Below are positions 43,715 to 55,399 of a stretch of 64,000 nucleotides of DNA, piece by piece. Within the stretch, counting starts at the first letter, position 1, and every line of letters begins with the position of its first letter. The notes below the pieces were generated by a model. It ran no database searches. It saw only the letters and a list, made by a program, of their open reading frames with translations, and was not told the DNA's origin. Made by a program: the position numbers and the translations under genes. The stretch comes from Epithemia pelagica (lineage: Eukaryota > Protista > Bacillariophyta): assembly GCA_946965045.2 (NCBI GenBank), contig OX337232.1, positions 496,001-560,000 of the forward strand. The letters run 5' to 3'.

Positions 43715-46700
43715 TTGCAAATCCCGGATGGGACATGGTTAGAATTTCCATATAACGCCGGTAGTAATCTTCCCTTTATGCTCACAGGAAATGTGAATCA
43801 CATGGGACTTACCTTCGAAGATGCAACGATGTTGGGTGATGGATATTCCGTCAAGTCGGCCTTGTCCACGGCAAATCACAGTGGCTTGATGAATGTGGCC
43901 GACGAGACTAACCAGAACTTAACGGCATCGCAAAGGGAGCTCTTGCTGTGGCACTGGAAGCTCGGCCATGCCAACATGCAATGGATTCAGACGCTCTGTC
44001 GAGATCCAAAAGCAAACAGTCGACGGTTAGTGTTGGAGACAAAAGAAGCAAAGACAACAAGTTGCGTCATACCTTTATGCGCAGCTTGTATGCTCGGGAA
44101 GCAACATCGCCGAACGCCTCATTCGAATCACGGTGGATTGGTGGATGGGAAAGACAGTATGCTCAAGAGGGAGCACCTTCAACCAGGAGATTGTGTTTCG
44201 ATTGATCAATACGAATCAACGATTCGTGGACGTCTTTCGCACACGTATGGAAAAGAGAGGACCGACGAACAATATCGAGGAGGAACTCTGTTTGTCGACC
44301 ATGCCTCTGGCATGATCTTCTTGGCGAACCAAGTGTCCCTTCGAGTTGGTGAGACGCTCAGTTCAAAGAAGAAGTTTGAGCGGTTCGCGGAGGAATATGG
44401 TGTCAAGATACGAGAGTACCGCGCCGATAATGCGCCGTTTGGCCGAGAAGAATTTCTGAACCACGTACACGGAAGTGGTCAACGAATCAGCTTCTCAGGC
44501 GTTGGGGCACATCACCAGAATGGAGTCGCGGAAAGGGCAGTAAAGACCACGATGTCTTGGGCCCGTACTATGTTACTACACGCGACCATTCATTGGCCCG
44601 AGCAAATGCACTTGCATCTTTGGCCCTTTGCCGTTGAGCACGCCGTCTGGCTATGGAACCACCTTCCGAATCGCCGGACGAACATCGCTCCACTCGAAAT
44701 CTTCTCTGGCATCACATTCTCCGATTTTCACCACCTTCAGCGGAGTCACGTATGGGGATGTCCTGTGTATGTCCTGGACCCCAAGCTTCAAGACGGAAAG
44801 AAGTTGCCTAAATGGCAAGCCAAGGCACGACGTGGTCAGTTTCTTGGGATTTCACCCGACCATTCTACTACTGTTGGTCGTATACTCAATCTTCGTTCGG
44901 GATTCATCAGCTCACAGTATCATGTGGTCTACGATGATTTATTTTCTACCGTCCCTAATGCCGATTCTGGCGGGCTCTTAGATGAGCCAAATTTAAACGG
45001 TGACTTTTGGCAACGCTTGCTAGCGGCGGGCACTGAATCTAATCTGCCTGACGAAGATGATGATGATGGTAATTTGGAGCTTGGAGACGAGTGGATGACC
45101 GATTCCGAGATTGCGGAACGGCATGCCCGACGTCAGTCACGTCCTCCTCGTCCCTTGCCCACTCCTCCTTTACCCATTGTTCCTGTTCCAACGTCTGTTG
45201 ACGGGGGGAGAGGCCGAGCCACAAGGAACCATGTTCGATTCCAACCTCCACTGGAACAGCCAACAGAGCGAGGGCAAGGACCAGAACCACCTGCAGAACC
45301 CGGTGAATTGCCAAGTCAAGATCAAACAGGTGGATTGTTGCCTCCAGAGGGAGCTCAAAATGGTGAATTGTTGCCTCCAGAGGGAGAAGCCGACGAAGCA
45401 GAACATGAGATCGTTTTTGAAGACGACTCAGACGATGACAGCACGACAAGACAAGAAGAGATTGAACGCCGTAATAGGCATTTTGCCGAACCCGATCCAG
45501 CATCACATGGGAGAGGCAAAAGAGAACGTCGTCCCAATCGTCACTTGTTCGATGAGCGATTGTGGGCATCGACTGCTTACTTTCCTCGTGGGTCAACAAG
45601 GCCAAAGCAAAAAGTGAGACGAGAGCTGTTAAATGCACAGTTCCTCCAATCCCTTACCTGGGACACTCTGACCAGCGCAATCGCGTCCAAATCCAAAGAC
45701 CTATTGGCAATGGACCTGTGGCTGGATCGTCATACGGATCCGGACACACGCTGGATTGAAGAGATGCATCCTATGGCATTGGCAACGAAGGCCGATGCTG
45801 CAGACAATCCCTCATGGGAACAAGCCATGAACGGTCCCGATAAAGACGGGTACTGGGAGGCTTGCAAGAAAGAATACAACACGCTTCATGAGAAGATGAA
45901 AGCATGGGAAGTCGTGGCAAGAGAGACATGGATGAATGTCTTACCTGGCACATGGGCGTTCAAGTGCAAACGGTATCCCGATGGATCCGTACGCAAATTG
46001 AAAGCACGGTTTTGTGCACGGGGGGACAAACAAGTCGAAGGAGTCGATTTCTTTGACACGTTTGCACCCGTTGTGAATTGGACGACTGTGCGTCTAATGA
46101 TGATTCTTTCCATCATTTTGAATCTGTCCACGGTACAGGTTGATTACACGGCAGCATTTGTACATGCGCCGATTGACAAGGATCCCAATTGGGACAAGAT
46201 GACAGAAGAGGAACGAAAGAAAAGTGGCGTGTATGTTGAGATGCCGAGAGGGTTTGCGCAACCAGGGAAAGTCTTGAAACTTACACGATCGTTGTATGGC
46301 CTAAAGCAGGCACCACGCAACTTCTTCCTTCATCTGAAAAGCAAATTGGAACAAGTCGGACTCAAATCGCAGGAACACATTGATCCGTGTCTGTTCATGT
46401 CCGACAAAATAATCGTGCTGGCCTATGTGGACGACACATTGATTTACAGCCCCAAACGCGAGTGGATTGATGAGTTTCTTGGGAAACTCCAGAATCAACA
46501 GAACGTGACACTCGAGATCGAAGACAGTGTAGCCGGATTTCTCGGCGTACACATCGAACGCAACGATAGTGATGGCACTATCACGTTGACGCAGAAAGGC
46601 CTGATCAAGCGAATTGTAGAGGCGCTCCACATCGGAGACAAACCCATGAAACGGACACCAGCATCGAAGGATCCTCTGGTGGCAAACAAAAATGGGACTC

Positions 46701-47434
46701 CAGCACAGTGCAAATTCAGCTATCCAAGCGTTATTGGAATGCTGCAATACTTGCAAGCACATTCAAGACCCGACATCACATATGCCGTCAGTCAATGTGC
46801 ACGATACACCCATGATCCTAAGACAACACACGAAGAAGCGTTAGAGAGGATCGGGCAATATTTGAAAGGGACAATGGAGAAAGGGGTCATTCTCCGTCCA
46901 ACTTACGACAATCTCAACGTTGATTGTTACGTTGATGCAGACTTCGCGGGTCTGTGGCCACATGAGGATAAGATGGATCCGTCATGTGTCAAGAGCCGAA
47001 CTGGGTTTGCCATCTGCATCGCAAACTGTCCAGTTATTTGGCAAAGCAAGTTGCAATCGGATATTGCAACATCAACAATGGAGGCGGAATACACAGCGCT
47101 CAGTGTGGCGATGAAATCTGTGTTGCCTCTTTTGGATCTATTGAAAACTGTGGCACGAGGTGTCGGCATGACAGAAGATCAGAGAACGAAATTCAAGACC
47201 ACAGTGTGGGAAGATAACAATGGTGCCCTGACGCTCGCGAACATGGAGCCGGGCAGGTTCACACCAAGATCAAAGTTCTATGCGATTCGAATGCACTGGT
47301 TTCGATCGCACTTAAAGCCGAATCGAGTCACGGTTGAAAAGATCGAGACATCGAAACAACGGGCAGACATCATGACAAAGGGTCTGACGAAAGATACATT
47401 TGAAACAATTCGGAAGCTACTGAGTGGATGGTAG
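43715..47434 (+). CDS. pol: Copia pol part 2: integrase, reverse transcriptase, RNase H
   Basis: HWKLGH...CAAC zinc finger, SIDQ/ADN/AERA DDE triad, KARFCARG, LYGLKQAPR, YVDD, YVDADFAG, TMEAEY, EDNNGA, ADIMTKGL. In frame with part 1. Confidence 0.95.
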   Translation: MQIPDGTWLEFPYNAGSNLPFMLTGNVNHMGLTFEDATMLGDGYSVKSALSTANHSGLMNVADETNQNLTASQRELLLWHWKLGHANMQWIQTLCRDPKANSRRLVLETKEAKTTSCVIPLCAACMLGKQHRRTPHSNHGGLVDGKDSMLKREHLQPGDCVSIDQYESTIRGRLSHTYGKERTDEQYRGGTLFVDHASGMIFLANQVSLRVGETLSSKKKFERFAEEYGVKIREYRADNAPFGREEFLNHVHGSGQRISFSGVGAHHQNGVAERAVKTTMSWARTMLLHATIHWPEQMHLHLWPFAVEHAVWLWNHLPNRRTNIAPLEIFSGITFSDFHHLQRSHVWGCPVYVLDPKLQDGKKLPKWQAKARRGQFLGISPDHSTTVGRILNLRSGFISSQYHVVYDDLFSTVPNADSGGLLDEPNLNGDFWQRLLAAGTESNLPDEDDDDGNLELGDEWMTDSEIAERHARRQSRPPRPLPTPPLPIVPVPTSVDGGRGRATRNHVRFQPPLEQPTERGQGPEPPAEPGELPSQDQTGGLLPPEGAQNGELLPPEGEADEAEHEIVFEDDSDDDSTTRQEEIERRNRHFAEPDPASHGRGKRERRPNRHLFDERLWASTAYFPRGSTRPKQKVRRELLNAQFLQSLTWDTLTSAIASKSKDLLAMDLWLDRHTDPDTRWIEEMHPMALATKADAADNPSWEQAMNGPDKDGYWEACKKEYNTLHEKMKAWEVVARETWMNVLPGTWAFKCKRYPDGSVRKLKARFCARGDKQVEGVDFFDTFAPVVNWTTVRLMMILSIILNLSTVQVDYTAAFVHAPIDKDPNWDKMTEEERKKSGVYVEMPRGFAQPGKVLKLTRSLYGLKQAPRNFFLHLKSKLEQVGLKSQEHIDPCLFMSDKIIVLAYVDDTLIYSPKREWIDEFLGKLQNQQNVTLEIEDSVAGFLGVHIERNDSDGTITLTQKGLIKRIVEALHIGDKPMKRTPASKDPLVANKNGTPAQCKFSYPSVIGMLQYLQAHSRPDITYAVSQCARYTHDPKTTHEEALERIGQYLKGTMEKGVILRPTYDNLNVDCYVDADFAGLWPHEDKMDPSCVKSRTGFAICIANCPVIWQSKLQSDIATSTMEAEYTALSVAMKSVLPLLDLLKTVARGVGMTEDQRTKFKTTVWEDNNGALTLANMEPGRFTPRSKFYAIRMHWFRSHLKPNRVTVEKIETSKQRADIMTKGLTKDTFETIRKLLSGW

Positions 47435-47450
47435 CCGAGATATTGCGCTT

Positions 47451-47459
47451 GAGAGGGAG
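47451..47459 (+). promoter_or_regulatory. Polypurine tract
   Basis: GAGAGGGAG immediately 5' of the 3' LTR. Confidence 0.85.
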
Positions 47460-47682
47460 TGCGAGTATAGCTGGGGTAGCAAGCTTATACCTGGCAACAA
47501 GACTCTTCAATCACGAATGATGTGAACGAGTGGATGGAATGACTCATCCAAAAGATATTGAAGAAAAGATCCAAGTGAATTTAGTGAGAATTTAGGACTA
47601 ACATATAGTGATTATCAGAATAAGTATCCTTTTACGGATTGCTCAATGGGAAAGATACCGCCGTTCTTTTCCACTACTCGCA
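47460..47682 (+). repeat. 3' LTR (223 bp)
   Basis: Near-identical to 40533-40768. Confidence 0.96.
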
Positions 47683-48214
47683 GCAAACAACAAGATCGAT
47701 ACTATTCGCGTGGAAGACCGAATCTTTCAACTGGAACTGAAAGAAAGAGAAGAAATCTTTCAACTGGAACTCATGAAGCTTGAGACAAATAATAAAAAGA
47801 AAAAACATAATATTCAAGTATTGATTGATGCAAAGAAATGTGTGTCTTCTAAAAGCTTATCTACCAATCAACGCAGTAATTTATTGAATGACGGGGCTGT
47901 CGCTTGGCTCAAGAAGCAAACGGTTGCCGAACAGGGAAATTCTTTACCTTGATTGACGTAAAAGTCGTACGTCGAGCACGTGGGACTACAAATGGGGTTT
48001 GGGACGATCGGACCGGAAATTATGGGAGTGTTCACGTTCTCCTCCAACTGAAAACGATAGAAGATATATAACGAGTAGTGCAAAGAAGTGAAGCACAGCA
48101 CTTTGTTGCAGGGTATTACATTGCATCATGGAGATGCGTTTCCCGAATGTGGACACTTTGACGAACCTACTGTCGTGGAACGCGCCCAACACCAACAAAA
48201 ATAATAGCACAACA

Positions 48215-49588
48215 CCAACAAGCCCCGTGCCCGTCCTTGTTTCAGTTTTGGACTTCATTGTATCACCGCCTTTAGCAACCACGACCACATCTGTTGGGCG
48301 ATTCCCCAGATGACAAGGATGTGTTACATCACGAGAACGACGAAGAGAAAGCTCATACTTGTTTGGACGATTCGCTGTCGACAACGAGCGATTCCAGTCC
48401 CCCACTGAGTCACACGCATTCCTACCATTATCAGACGACGACGATGACAATGATTTGGACGCGAGTTGCCCCAACGACGACTCGACGGACAGTGATGGTG
48501 CGATGAAGGAACCAGTAGTTCAGGTTGTAGTAGTTAATACACAATCACCAGTATTGCCCACGGATGCTGCTACATCCGACCAAACCGGACTCGAAAAGAC
48601 GACACTCTCCGCGGTGCGGTCCACACTGTTGACGCACTTGCTCCACGAATCCCAACAATATCGACACCAAGTGGAGGAATTGCAACACCGAGTCAAACAA
48701 TTGCAACAATAACAAACACGACGTCAACAACACACGTGGAACGAGGAGGACCGTACCATTGAATTTGTTGCCACGCACTGGCATGTCTCGTCGTTCGAAC
48801 AAGGTCTGCAGAAACACAAAGCGCTCGTGGAACAAGATTGTAAATAAATTCAAGAGCTGCATGGTCAAATGGCTGACTTGCAAGTCTCCTTGTACCAACA
48901 CCAAGAATTGCAAGTGCAACAATTGCAAGAACGAGGCCGCTTGGAAACGGCCATGATGCGACAAATCATGGACGAACGCGTTCGAGACTATGAAACTCAA
49001 TCGAGTTGCAACAGCAGCAATTGGTGTTTGTTCCACGACTGTTCCCACGACGGTTCATACCTCGTCGTCGTCCTCGCCGTCCTTGTCGCTGGCGCACACA
49101 CGGATGGAAGAAGAAACGACCACAGTCTCTTGGCGCCCACGAGCAGTCCTACACGACCCTGGCATCCGCAAACTGTGTTTCGCACCAAGCCTCCCTCCAC
49201 AAACACCACCAGTAGTACTCCCTTGGCCGAGTGGATGTCCCGGACAGAAACCAGTCCCACCACCACGACCACGACCACAACCCTGTCGTTGCCCCCACCC
49301 TATCTACTGTCCTCGCCACCCTCGAAACAAGTGTCGGTGCCCCACCCTGGCCGGGCTACGGACGACCATGACTTGTTGCTCCTTCACAACCGACCCTTCT
49401 TTGAAGAACGGGCTGAACGTTGCAATCGATTGCGGCGACGACGCCAAAGTGTCGAATCCTTTATGCGCGCCCAAGTCCAACACATTCGGCAACGCAATTG
49501 GGGCGATTCATCGTCGTCGATTGTGGAAAGTATGGCCGGTCATCAGTCCTTGCCCACTCTCTTGTTGCTACCGCACGAGCAGCCGTGA
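48215..49588 (+). pseudogene. Coiled-coil family copy 4, degraded; retains a 239-aa 3' ORF (48869-49588) through compensating frameshifts
   Basis: The 5' part has stops; the ORF starts and ends in the ancestral frame with an off-frame middle. Confidence 0.8.
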
Positions 49589-51402
49589 CACAACCAAGGG
49601 AGAGAGTTGCCTGTTGTTTGGTAGCTTCCACACAGGTTGACACTGCCCAACAAGTGAGTGGGGAAAACCACTGACGTTGCGTCGTAGTAGCTCGCGAGTC
49701 CGATTTCCTTCAAGGCTTTTGCATCACCTTCGGCGTAAAGGACTGCCGGCGTGTATGGGTTATGGGTAGGAATCTTGGAGTCACCGAATGGCCGGCCGTG
49801 CAACTCTTTTGTTCAAAGACACTCCCATCACACAGAAAACCCAGGTGGGTTGTTTGGATGCGATTTCGCCGGCATTCTCACATTCTCCTCGGCGGACACA
49901 AAACATCATCCATCGCGTTTTCTCGTCCTCCTTCTTTGAGATGGACACTCTTCTTTTCTCTCTCGTGAGCTGCCATCGGTCTCTTCGATTGTGGGATTGC
50001 TTTGGTCTCCGCCGCCTTTGAAACAGTGTTGAATTCATCTCTTCTTGGCACATCTTGTTCTGCAAACCGCAACGACCACAAAATCCTCGATTCGATTGGA
50101 GGCACGTTAGATTCGGAAACCTCACAAACGAGAAGGCATCTCTATTTCTGTTTGAGATAAAGAACGACAACAATGTAGAGCTGGCTTCATATTCATTGTC
50201 CTCAAAAGGTCGTTGCGCAACATTCATATTTATAAACGCAGAGAAAAGTAGATTCTCACTTGCGCGTCGAGAAACATCCGTATACCCAAGATGACATGCT
50301 GTTCCGCAATTTGGCGGCAGCGCCTCAACAGTCCTGCGACAAGAGCTGCAGGTTGTTCTCGGCGTCACGAATGAGAGGGGTGAAACAAGCTTCACAACAG
50401 GTTCTATCCACCACTGCGATTTCCGAGATAAGTCTGTCGAAGATCATTTAGCGGCGGAAACGGAAATGGTCGTGTTGGCCTCGTACGGTCAAATTGCTCT
50501 TGCCGAGTCATTGACCGGAACCCCATGACTATATGGGAGGTCTTTCGTTCATTGACCAGTGCGTTACAAGAGTGCCTATGGAGTGTGCGGATGACAAGTT
50601 GGCCGACTGTTTCCAAGATGATACTGTCCTCGTGGAACGGTCTGAGACACTCAAGACGAAAGAAGAGGGATTGGGCCAAGTTATTCGTATTTTCCAGGCT
50701 GTCCCGTTGTTGTCATGATTTAAACATAGAACACGAGCTTCTGTGAAGAAACAGGGCACCCTGTCCTGACATGTGAATCACAACTTATGGCTTCCATTTT
50801 ATCATCACCAATGTATGAATGTGGGCAGATTTTATCGTGTTCACTTCGAACGACTGTACTGGTGGCACACAATGATTGTAAAAGTTGAAAATATCCCCTA
50901 CTCGATGTTGGACACGACGGGGGTCAGTCTCCAACGGAAGTCAACCAAGCCAAGCCAGACGAGAACTAAAACGATAAAACAAGGCTGCTCCACACCATCG
51001 TTATTGGAAGCAGAGAGCCTGCATAGAGGTGAGTTGGTGGATTGAAGAAAAGACCAACGACGGCCAAAAGGTGGCCGAAGCAGAGAAGACCGAAGCAATC
51101 GTTCCAATAATTTACAGAACAACAACAGCCATTAACAGTCTCTAGTGTTGGATTAGTTTACATTTTACATATCTTCCTCCGGCTTTCGAAATTGGACGAG
51201 AAGTACTACCTAGGAGTAGCTACCTAATAGCCACTCTATCTGGCAGGTAGATACGGTTTGGTCGCGCAAAAATCGTGACTGAACCAGATGAACAAAGTGA
51301 ACTGGCGATTCCCACCAACTGCTGCCAAAAGTTGTTTGTTGCCGTGCAAAATTTAAAAGAGTTTCCGATCAATTGAATTGTTACTGTCCCCTCTTCAACA
51401 AG

Positions 51403-52008
51403 ATGACAAGCAAATGGTGTTGCCTGTTGGGAAGCTTGCTGATTGCCGTGCTTCTTTCTGCAAAGGCGACTGTGGCATTCTCGCCGACCCGTCCTTTGAG
51501 GGCCCAGGTTTCACGTCTTTCAAGTACGAACCGAAATATTAAGCCGAAAGAGCCGTTCGAAATGAACACGGAAGAGCTCCAAGTGGCCGATGTCGAGGCA
51601 GCCCAAAAGTCTCTGGACATAGCTGACACTGCAAATACTATTGCTGCGTTTTCTGTTGCAATTTCTGCTCTTGTACCTTTACTCATTGCATATGGGGCAA
51701 ACAACAAGATCGACACTATTCGCGTGGAAGACCAAATCTTTCAATTGGAACTAGAGAAGGAAGACCAAGTCTTTCAAACCAGCTTGAAAGAAAGCGAAGA
51801 AATCTTTCAATTGGAAATCAAGCAACTGGAGACAAATAACAAAAAGAAAAAACATGAAATACAAATATTGATTGATGCAAAGAAATGTGTGACTCCCAAA
51901 AGCTTATCTACCAATCAACGCAGTAATTTATTGAATGACGGGGCTGTCGCTTGGCTCAAGAAGCAAACGGTTGCCGAACAGGAAAATTCTTTACCATGGT
52001 TGACGTAA
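51403..52008 (+). CDS. Plastid-type membrane coiled-coil protein, copy 4 (201 aa)
   Basis: Intact; three 11-aa repeats. Confidence 0.75.
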   Translation: MTSKWCCLLGSLLIAVLLSAKATVAFSPTRPLRAQVSRLSSTNRNIKPKEPFEMNTEELQVADVEAAQKSLDIADTANTIAAFSVAISALVPLLIAYGANNKIDTIRVEDQIFQLELEKEDQVFQTSLKESEEIFQLEIKQLETNNKKKKHEIQILIDAKKCVTPKSLSTNQRSNLLNDGAVAWLKKQTVAEQENSLPWLT

Positions 52009-52199
52009 AAGTCGTACGTCGAGCTCGTGGAGCTACAAATGGGGTTTGGGACGAGCCGACCGGAAATTATGGGAATGTTCGCGTTGGCCTCCAACTGAAT
52101 ACGATAGAAGATATACAACGAGTACTGAAAAGAACTGAACTTTGACGAACCTGCCTGTCGTGGAATGAGCACAACACCAACAAAAATAAAAGCACAACA

Positions 52200-53573
52200 C
52201 CAACAAGCGCCGTGCTTGTCCTTGTTTCAGTTTTGGACTTCATGGCATCACCGCGTCTGGCAACCACGACCACATCTGTTGGGCGATTCCCCAGATGACA
52301 AGGATGTGTTCCATCACGAGAACGACGAAGAGAAAGCTCATACTTGGTTGGACGCTTCACTGTGGACAACGAGCGATTCCAGTCCCCCACTGAGTCACAC
52401 GCATTCCTACCATTATCAGACGACGACGATGACAATGATTTGGACGCGAGTTGCCCCAACGACGACTCGACGGACAGTGATGGTGCGATGAAGGAACCAG
52501 TAGTTCAGGTTGTAGTAGTTAATACACCATCACCAGTATTGCCCACGGATACTGCTACACCCGACCAAACCGGACTCGAAACGACGACACACTCCGCGGT
52601 GTGGTCCACACTGTTGACGCACTTGCTCCACGAATCCCAACAATATCGACACCAAGTGGAGGAATTGCAAAACCAAGTCAAACAATTGCAACAATAACAA
52701 ACACGACGTCAACAACACACGCGGAACGAGGAGGACCATATTATTGAATTTGTTGCCACGCACTGGCATGTCTCGTCGTTCGAACAAGGTCTGCAGAAAC
52801 ACAAAGCGCTCGTGGAACAAGATTGTAAATGATCATTCAAGAGCTGCATGGTCAAGGCTGACTTGCAAGTCTCCTTGTACCAACACCAAGAATTGCAAGT
52901 GCAACAATTGCAAGAACGAGGCCGCTTGGAAACGGCCATGATGCGACAAATCATGGACGAACGCGTTCGAGACTATGAAACTCAATCGAGTTGCAACAGC
53001 AGCAATTGGTGTTTGTTCCACGACTGTTCCCACGACGGTTCATACCTCGTCGTCGTCCTCGCCGTCCTTGTCGCTGGCGCACACACGGATGGAAGAAGAA
53101 ACGACCACAGTCTCTTGGCGCTCACGAGCAGTCCTACACGACCCTGGCATCCGCAAACTGTGTTTCGCACCAAGCATCCCTCCACAAACACCACCAGTAG
53201 TACTCCCTTGGCCGAGTGCATGTCCCGGACAGAAACCAGTCCCACCTCCACCACGACAACGACCACCCTGTCGTTGCCCCCACCCTATCTACTGTCCTCG
53301 CCGCCCTCGAAACAAGTGTCGGTGCCCCACCCTGGTCGGGCTACGGACGACCATGACTTGTTGCTCCTTCACAACCGACCCTTCTTTGAAGAACGAGCCG
53401 AACGTTGCAATCGATTGCGGCGACGACGCCAAAGTGTCGAATCCTTTATGCGCGCCCAAGTCCAACACATTCGGCAACGCAATTGGGGCGATTCATCGTC
53501 GTCGATTGTGGAAAGTATGGCCGGTCATCAGTCCTTGCCCACTCTCTTGTTGCTACCGCACGAGCAGCCGTGA
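52200..53573 (+). pseudogene. Coiled-coil family copy 5, degraded; retains a 3' ORF (52848-53573)
   Basis: Nearly identical lesions to copy 4. Confidence 0.8.
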
Positions 53574-54540
53574 CACAACCAAGGGAGAGAGTTGCCTGTT
53601 GTTTTGTAGCTACCACACAGGTTGACACTGCCCAGCAAGTGTGTGGGGAAAACCACTGACGGCGGATGACAAGTTGGCCGACTGTTTCCAAGATGATACT
53701 GTCCTCGTGGAACGTTCTGAGACACTCAAGACGAAAGAAGAGGGATTGGGCGAAGTTATTCGTATTTTCCAGGCTGTCCCGTTGTTGTCATAATTTAATC
53801 ATAGAACCCGAGCTTCTTGGAAGAAACAAGGCACGCTGTTCTGACATGTGAATCACAACTTAAGGTTTCCATTTTATCATCACAAATGTAATGTGGGAGA
53901 TTTTATTGTGTTCATTTCGAACGACTGTACTGGTGGCACACAATGATTGTAAAAGTTGAAAATATCCCCTACTAGATGTTGGACACGACGGGGGTCAGTC
54001 TCCAACGGAAGTCCACCAAGCCAAGCGAAGCCAGACGAGAACTAAAACGATAAAACAAGGCTGCTCCACACCATCGTTATTTGAGGCAGAGAGCCTCCTT
54101 AGAGGTGAGTTGGTGGATTGAAGAAAAGACCAACGACGGCCAAAAGGTGGCCGAGGCAGAGAAGACCGAAGCTATCATCAAAGCAATCAATCCAATAGTT
54201 TACTGAACAACAACAGCCATTAACAGTCTCTAGGGTTGGATTAGTTTACACATCTTTCGAAATTGGACGAGAAGTAGGAGTACTCCTCCCTTGTGATTAA
54301 GAAGACATTATCTAGCTACCCAGCCACTAGATAGCAGGTGGATACGGGCTCATCTCCATTTATTATAGGTCGCGCAGAAATCGTGACTGAACCTGAATTG
54401 ACGTGGCGATTCCCACCAACTCTGTTGTCAAATCTCTCCGTCATTGTCGTGTGAGATTAAGTGTTGCCATGAGTGGCCGTGCAAATTTAAAAGCAAGAGT
54501 TTCTGATCAATTGAATTGTTTGTGTCCCCTCTTCAACAAG

Positions 54541-55146
54541 ATGACAAGCAAATGGTGTTGCCTGTTGGGAAGCTTGCTGATTGCCGTGCTTCTTTCTGCA
54601 AAGGCGACGGTGGCATTCTCGCCGACCCATCCTTTGAGGACCCAGGTTTCACGTCTTTCAAGTACGAACCGAAATATTAAGCCGAAAGAGCCGTTCGAAA
54701 TGAACACGAAAGAGCTGCAAGTGGCCAATGTCGAGGCAGCCCAAAAGTCTCTGGACATAGCTGACACTGCAAATACTATTGCTGCGTTTTCTGTTGCAAT
54801 TTCTGCTCTTGTACCTTTACTCATTGCATATGTCGCAAACAACAAGATCGATACTATTCGCGTGGAAGACCAAATCTTTCAATTGAAACTTAAGAAGGAA
54901 GACCAGATCTTTCAAACCAGCTTGAAAGAAAGAGAAGAAATCTTTCAACTGGAACTCAAGAAACTGGAGACAAATAATAAAAAGAAAAAACATGATATTC
55001 AAGCATTGATTGATGCAAAGAAATGTGTGACTCCTAAAAGCTTATCTACCAATCAACGCAGTAATTTATTGAATGACGGTGCTGTCGCTTGGCTTAAGAA
55101 GCAGACGGTTGCCGAACAGGGAAATTCTTTACCTTGGTTGACGTAA
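54541..55146 (+). CDS. Plastid-type membrane coiled-coil protein, copy 5 (201 aa)
   Basis: Intact; three 11-aa repeats. Confidence 0.75.
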   Translation: MTSKWCCLLGSLLIAVLLSAKATVAFSPTHPLRTQVSRLSSTNRNIKPKEPFEMNTKELQVANVEAAQKSLDIADTANTIAAFSVAISALVPLLIAYVANNKIDTIRVEDQIFQLKLKKEDQIFQTSLKEREEIFQLELKKLETNNKKKKHDIQALIDAKKCVTPKSLSTNQRSNLLNDGAVAWLKKQTVAEQGNSLPWLT

Positions 55147-55399
55147 AAGTCGTACGTCTAGCACGTGGGACTACAAATGGGGTTTGGGACGATCGGACCG
55201 GAAATTATGGGAGTGTTCACGTTCGCCTTTAACTGAATACGATAGAAGATATATAACGAGTAGTGCAAAGAAGTGAAGCACAGCACTTTGTTGCAGGGTA
55301 TTACATTGCATCATGGAGATGCGTTTCCAGAATGTGGACACTTTGACGAACCTGCCTGTCGTGGAACGAGCACAACACCAACAAAAATAATAGCACAAC

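Larger units (their letters stand above)
40533..47682 (+). mobile_element. Full-length Ty1/copia (CoDi-like) LTR retrotransposon, 7150 bp
   Basis: TG...CA LTRs with 8-bp terminal inverted repeats (TGCGAGTA/TACTCGCA), 5-bp TSD GCAAA (40528-40532, 47683-47687), PBS, PPT, and domain order gag-PR-IN-RT-RNaseH. Confidence 0.97.
40234..47952 (+). pseudogene. Plastid-type membrane protein copy 3, interrupted by the copia element (5' part 40234-40532, 3' part 47688-47952)
   Basis: Sequence either side of the element rejoins as GCATATGGGGCAAACAACAAG, as in the intact copies. It also has TGG to TGA three codons from the end. Confidence 0.92.

Noticed and set aside
47608-47952. 3' LTR-derived ORF fused to the 3' half of the interrupted gene
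   Set aside because: It starts at GTG with no ATG in the LTR part and has no targeting signal, so it is unlikely to be translated.
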